A stretch of 64,000 nt of DNA from Octopus bimaculoides (Eukaryota), in contig NC_068982.1 in the NCBI RefSeq assembly GCF_001194135.2, positions 114,708,026-114,772,025 of the forward strand. Reading direction: 5' to 3'. Shown in pieces: positions 63,612-64,000 of the stretch (the first letter of the stretch is position 1; every line of letters begins with the position of its first letter). A program made the translations under genes and the position numbers. The notes under the pieces were generated by a model. The model saw only the letters and a list, made by a program, of their open reading frames with translations. It did not search any database and was not told where the DNA came from.

Positions 63612-64000
63612 GGGTTCGTGCCAGGTAAAAGCACCACTGATGCCATATTTCTGGTGAGACAGCTGCAGGAGAAATATCTAGCCACGGATAAACCTCTGTA
63701 CCTGGCCTTCGTTGACATGGAGAAAGCCTTTGACAGGGTCCCCCGATCCCTTATCTGGTGGTCAATGAGGAAACTTGGGATAGAAGAATGGTTAGTGAGA
63801 GCTGTGCGAGCCATGTACAGAGATGCTGTCAGTAAGGTGAAGGTTGGAAATGAGTACCGTAATGAATTCCGGGTAGAGGTAGGGGTCCACCAAGGTTCCG
63901 TCCTCAGCCCCCTCCTATTTATCATAGTCCTCCAGGCGATCACAGAGGAATTCAAGACAGGTTGCCCCTGGGAGCTCCTCTATGCTGATGACCTTGCACT
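63612..64000 (+). mobile_element. RTE-clade LINE, RT domain, uninterrupted to the window edge (5'-truncated)
   Basis: GFVPGKSTTDAIFLVRQLQEKY...AFVDMEKAFDRVP...GVHQGSVLSPLLF...ELLYADDLA with no stops. Opposite orientation to the two neighbouring RTE copies. Confidence 0.9.

Overview
AT-rich, microsatellite-rich eukaryotic scaffold with 11 N-gaps. The repeat families (tRNA-head SINEs, RTE/Tx1/Penelope LINE relics, mariner MITEs) look like an Octopus genome; this species call is inferred, not searched. Almost every ORF in the supplied track is noise from microsatellites, N runs or transposon decay. The real content is on the minus strand and is missed by the ORF track. (1) The last two coding exons of selenoprotein F (Sep15): 49621-49558 and 48755-48577, reading MYPYAELIVCG-U-KLGRYPQVQ/AFVKS...KWNTDSVEAFFHERLMK*, with an in-frame TGA (Sec) at 49588-49586, a SECIS-shaped hairpin at 48416-48350 and an AATAAA at 48172-48167. 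(2) A minor-spliceosome U4atac snRNA gene at 53371-~53240, with its own CpG-rich upstream region. I could not find the 5' SELENOF exons between the Sec exon and U4atac, so U4atac appears nested co-directionally in a SELENOF intron (inference). The rest is transposon-derived or low-complexity, with a few structural oddities: an 81-bp-arm palindrome, a foldback element carrying inverted telomeric arrays, and a head-to-head mariner derivative. No CRISPR array, rRNA or bona fide tRNA was seen.
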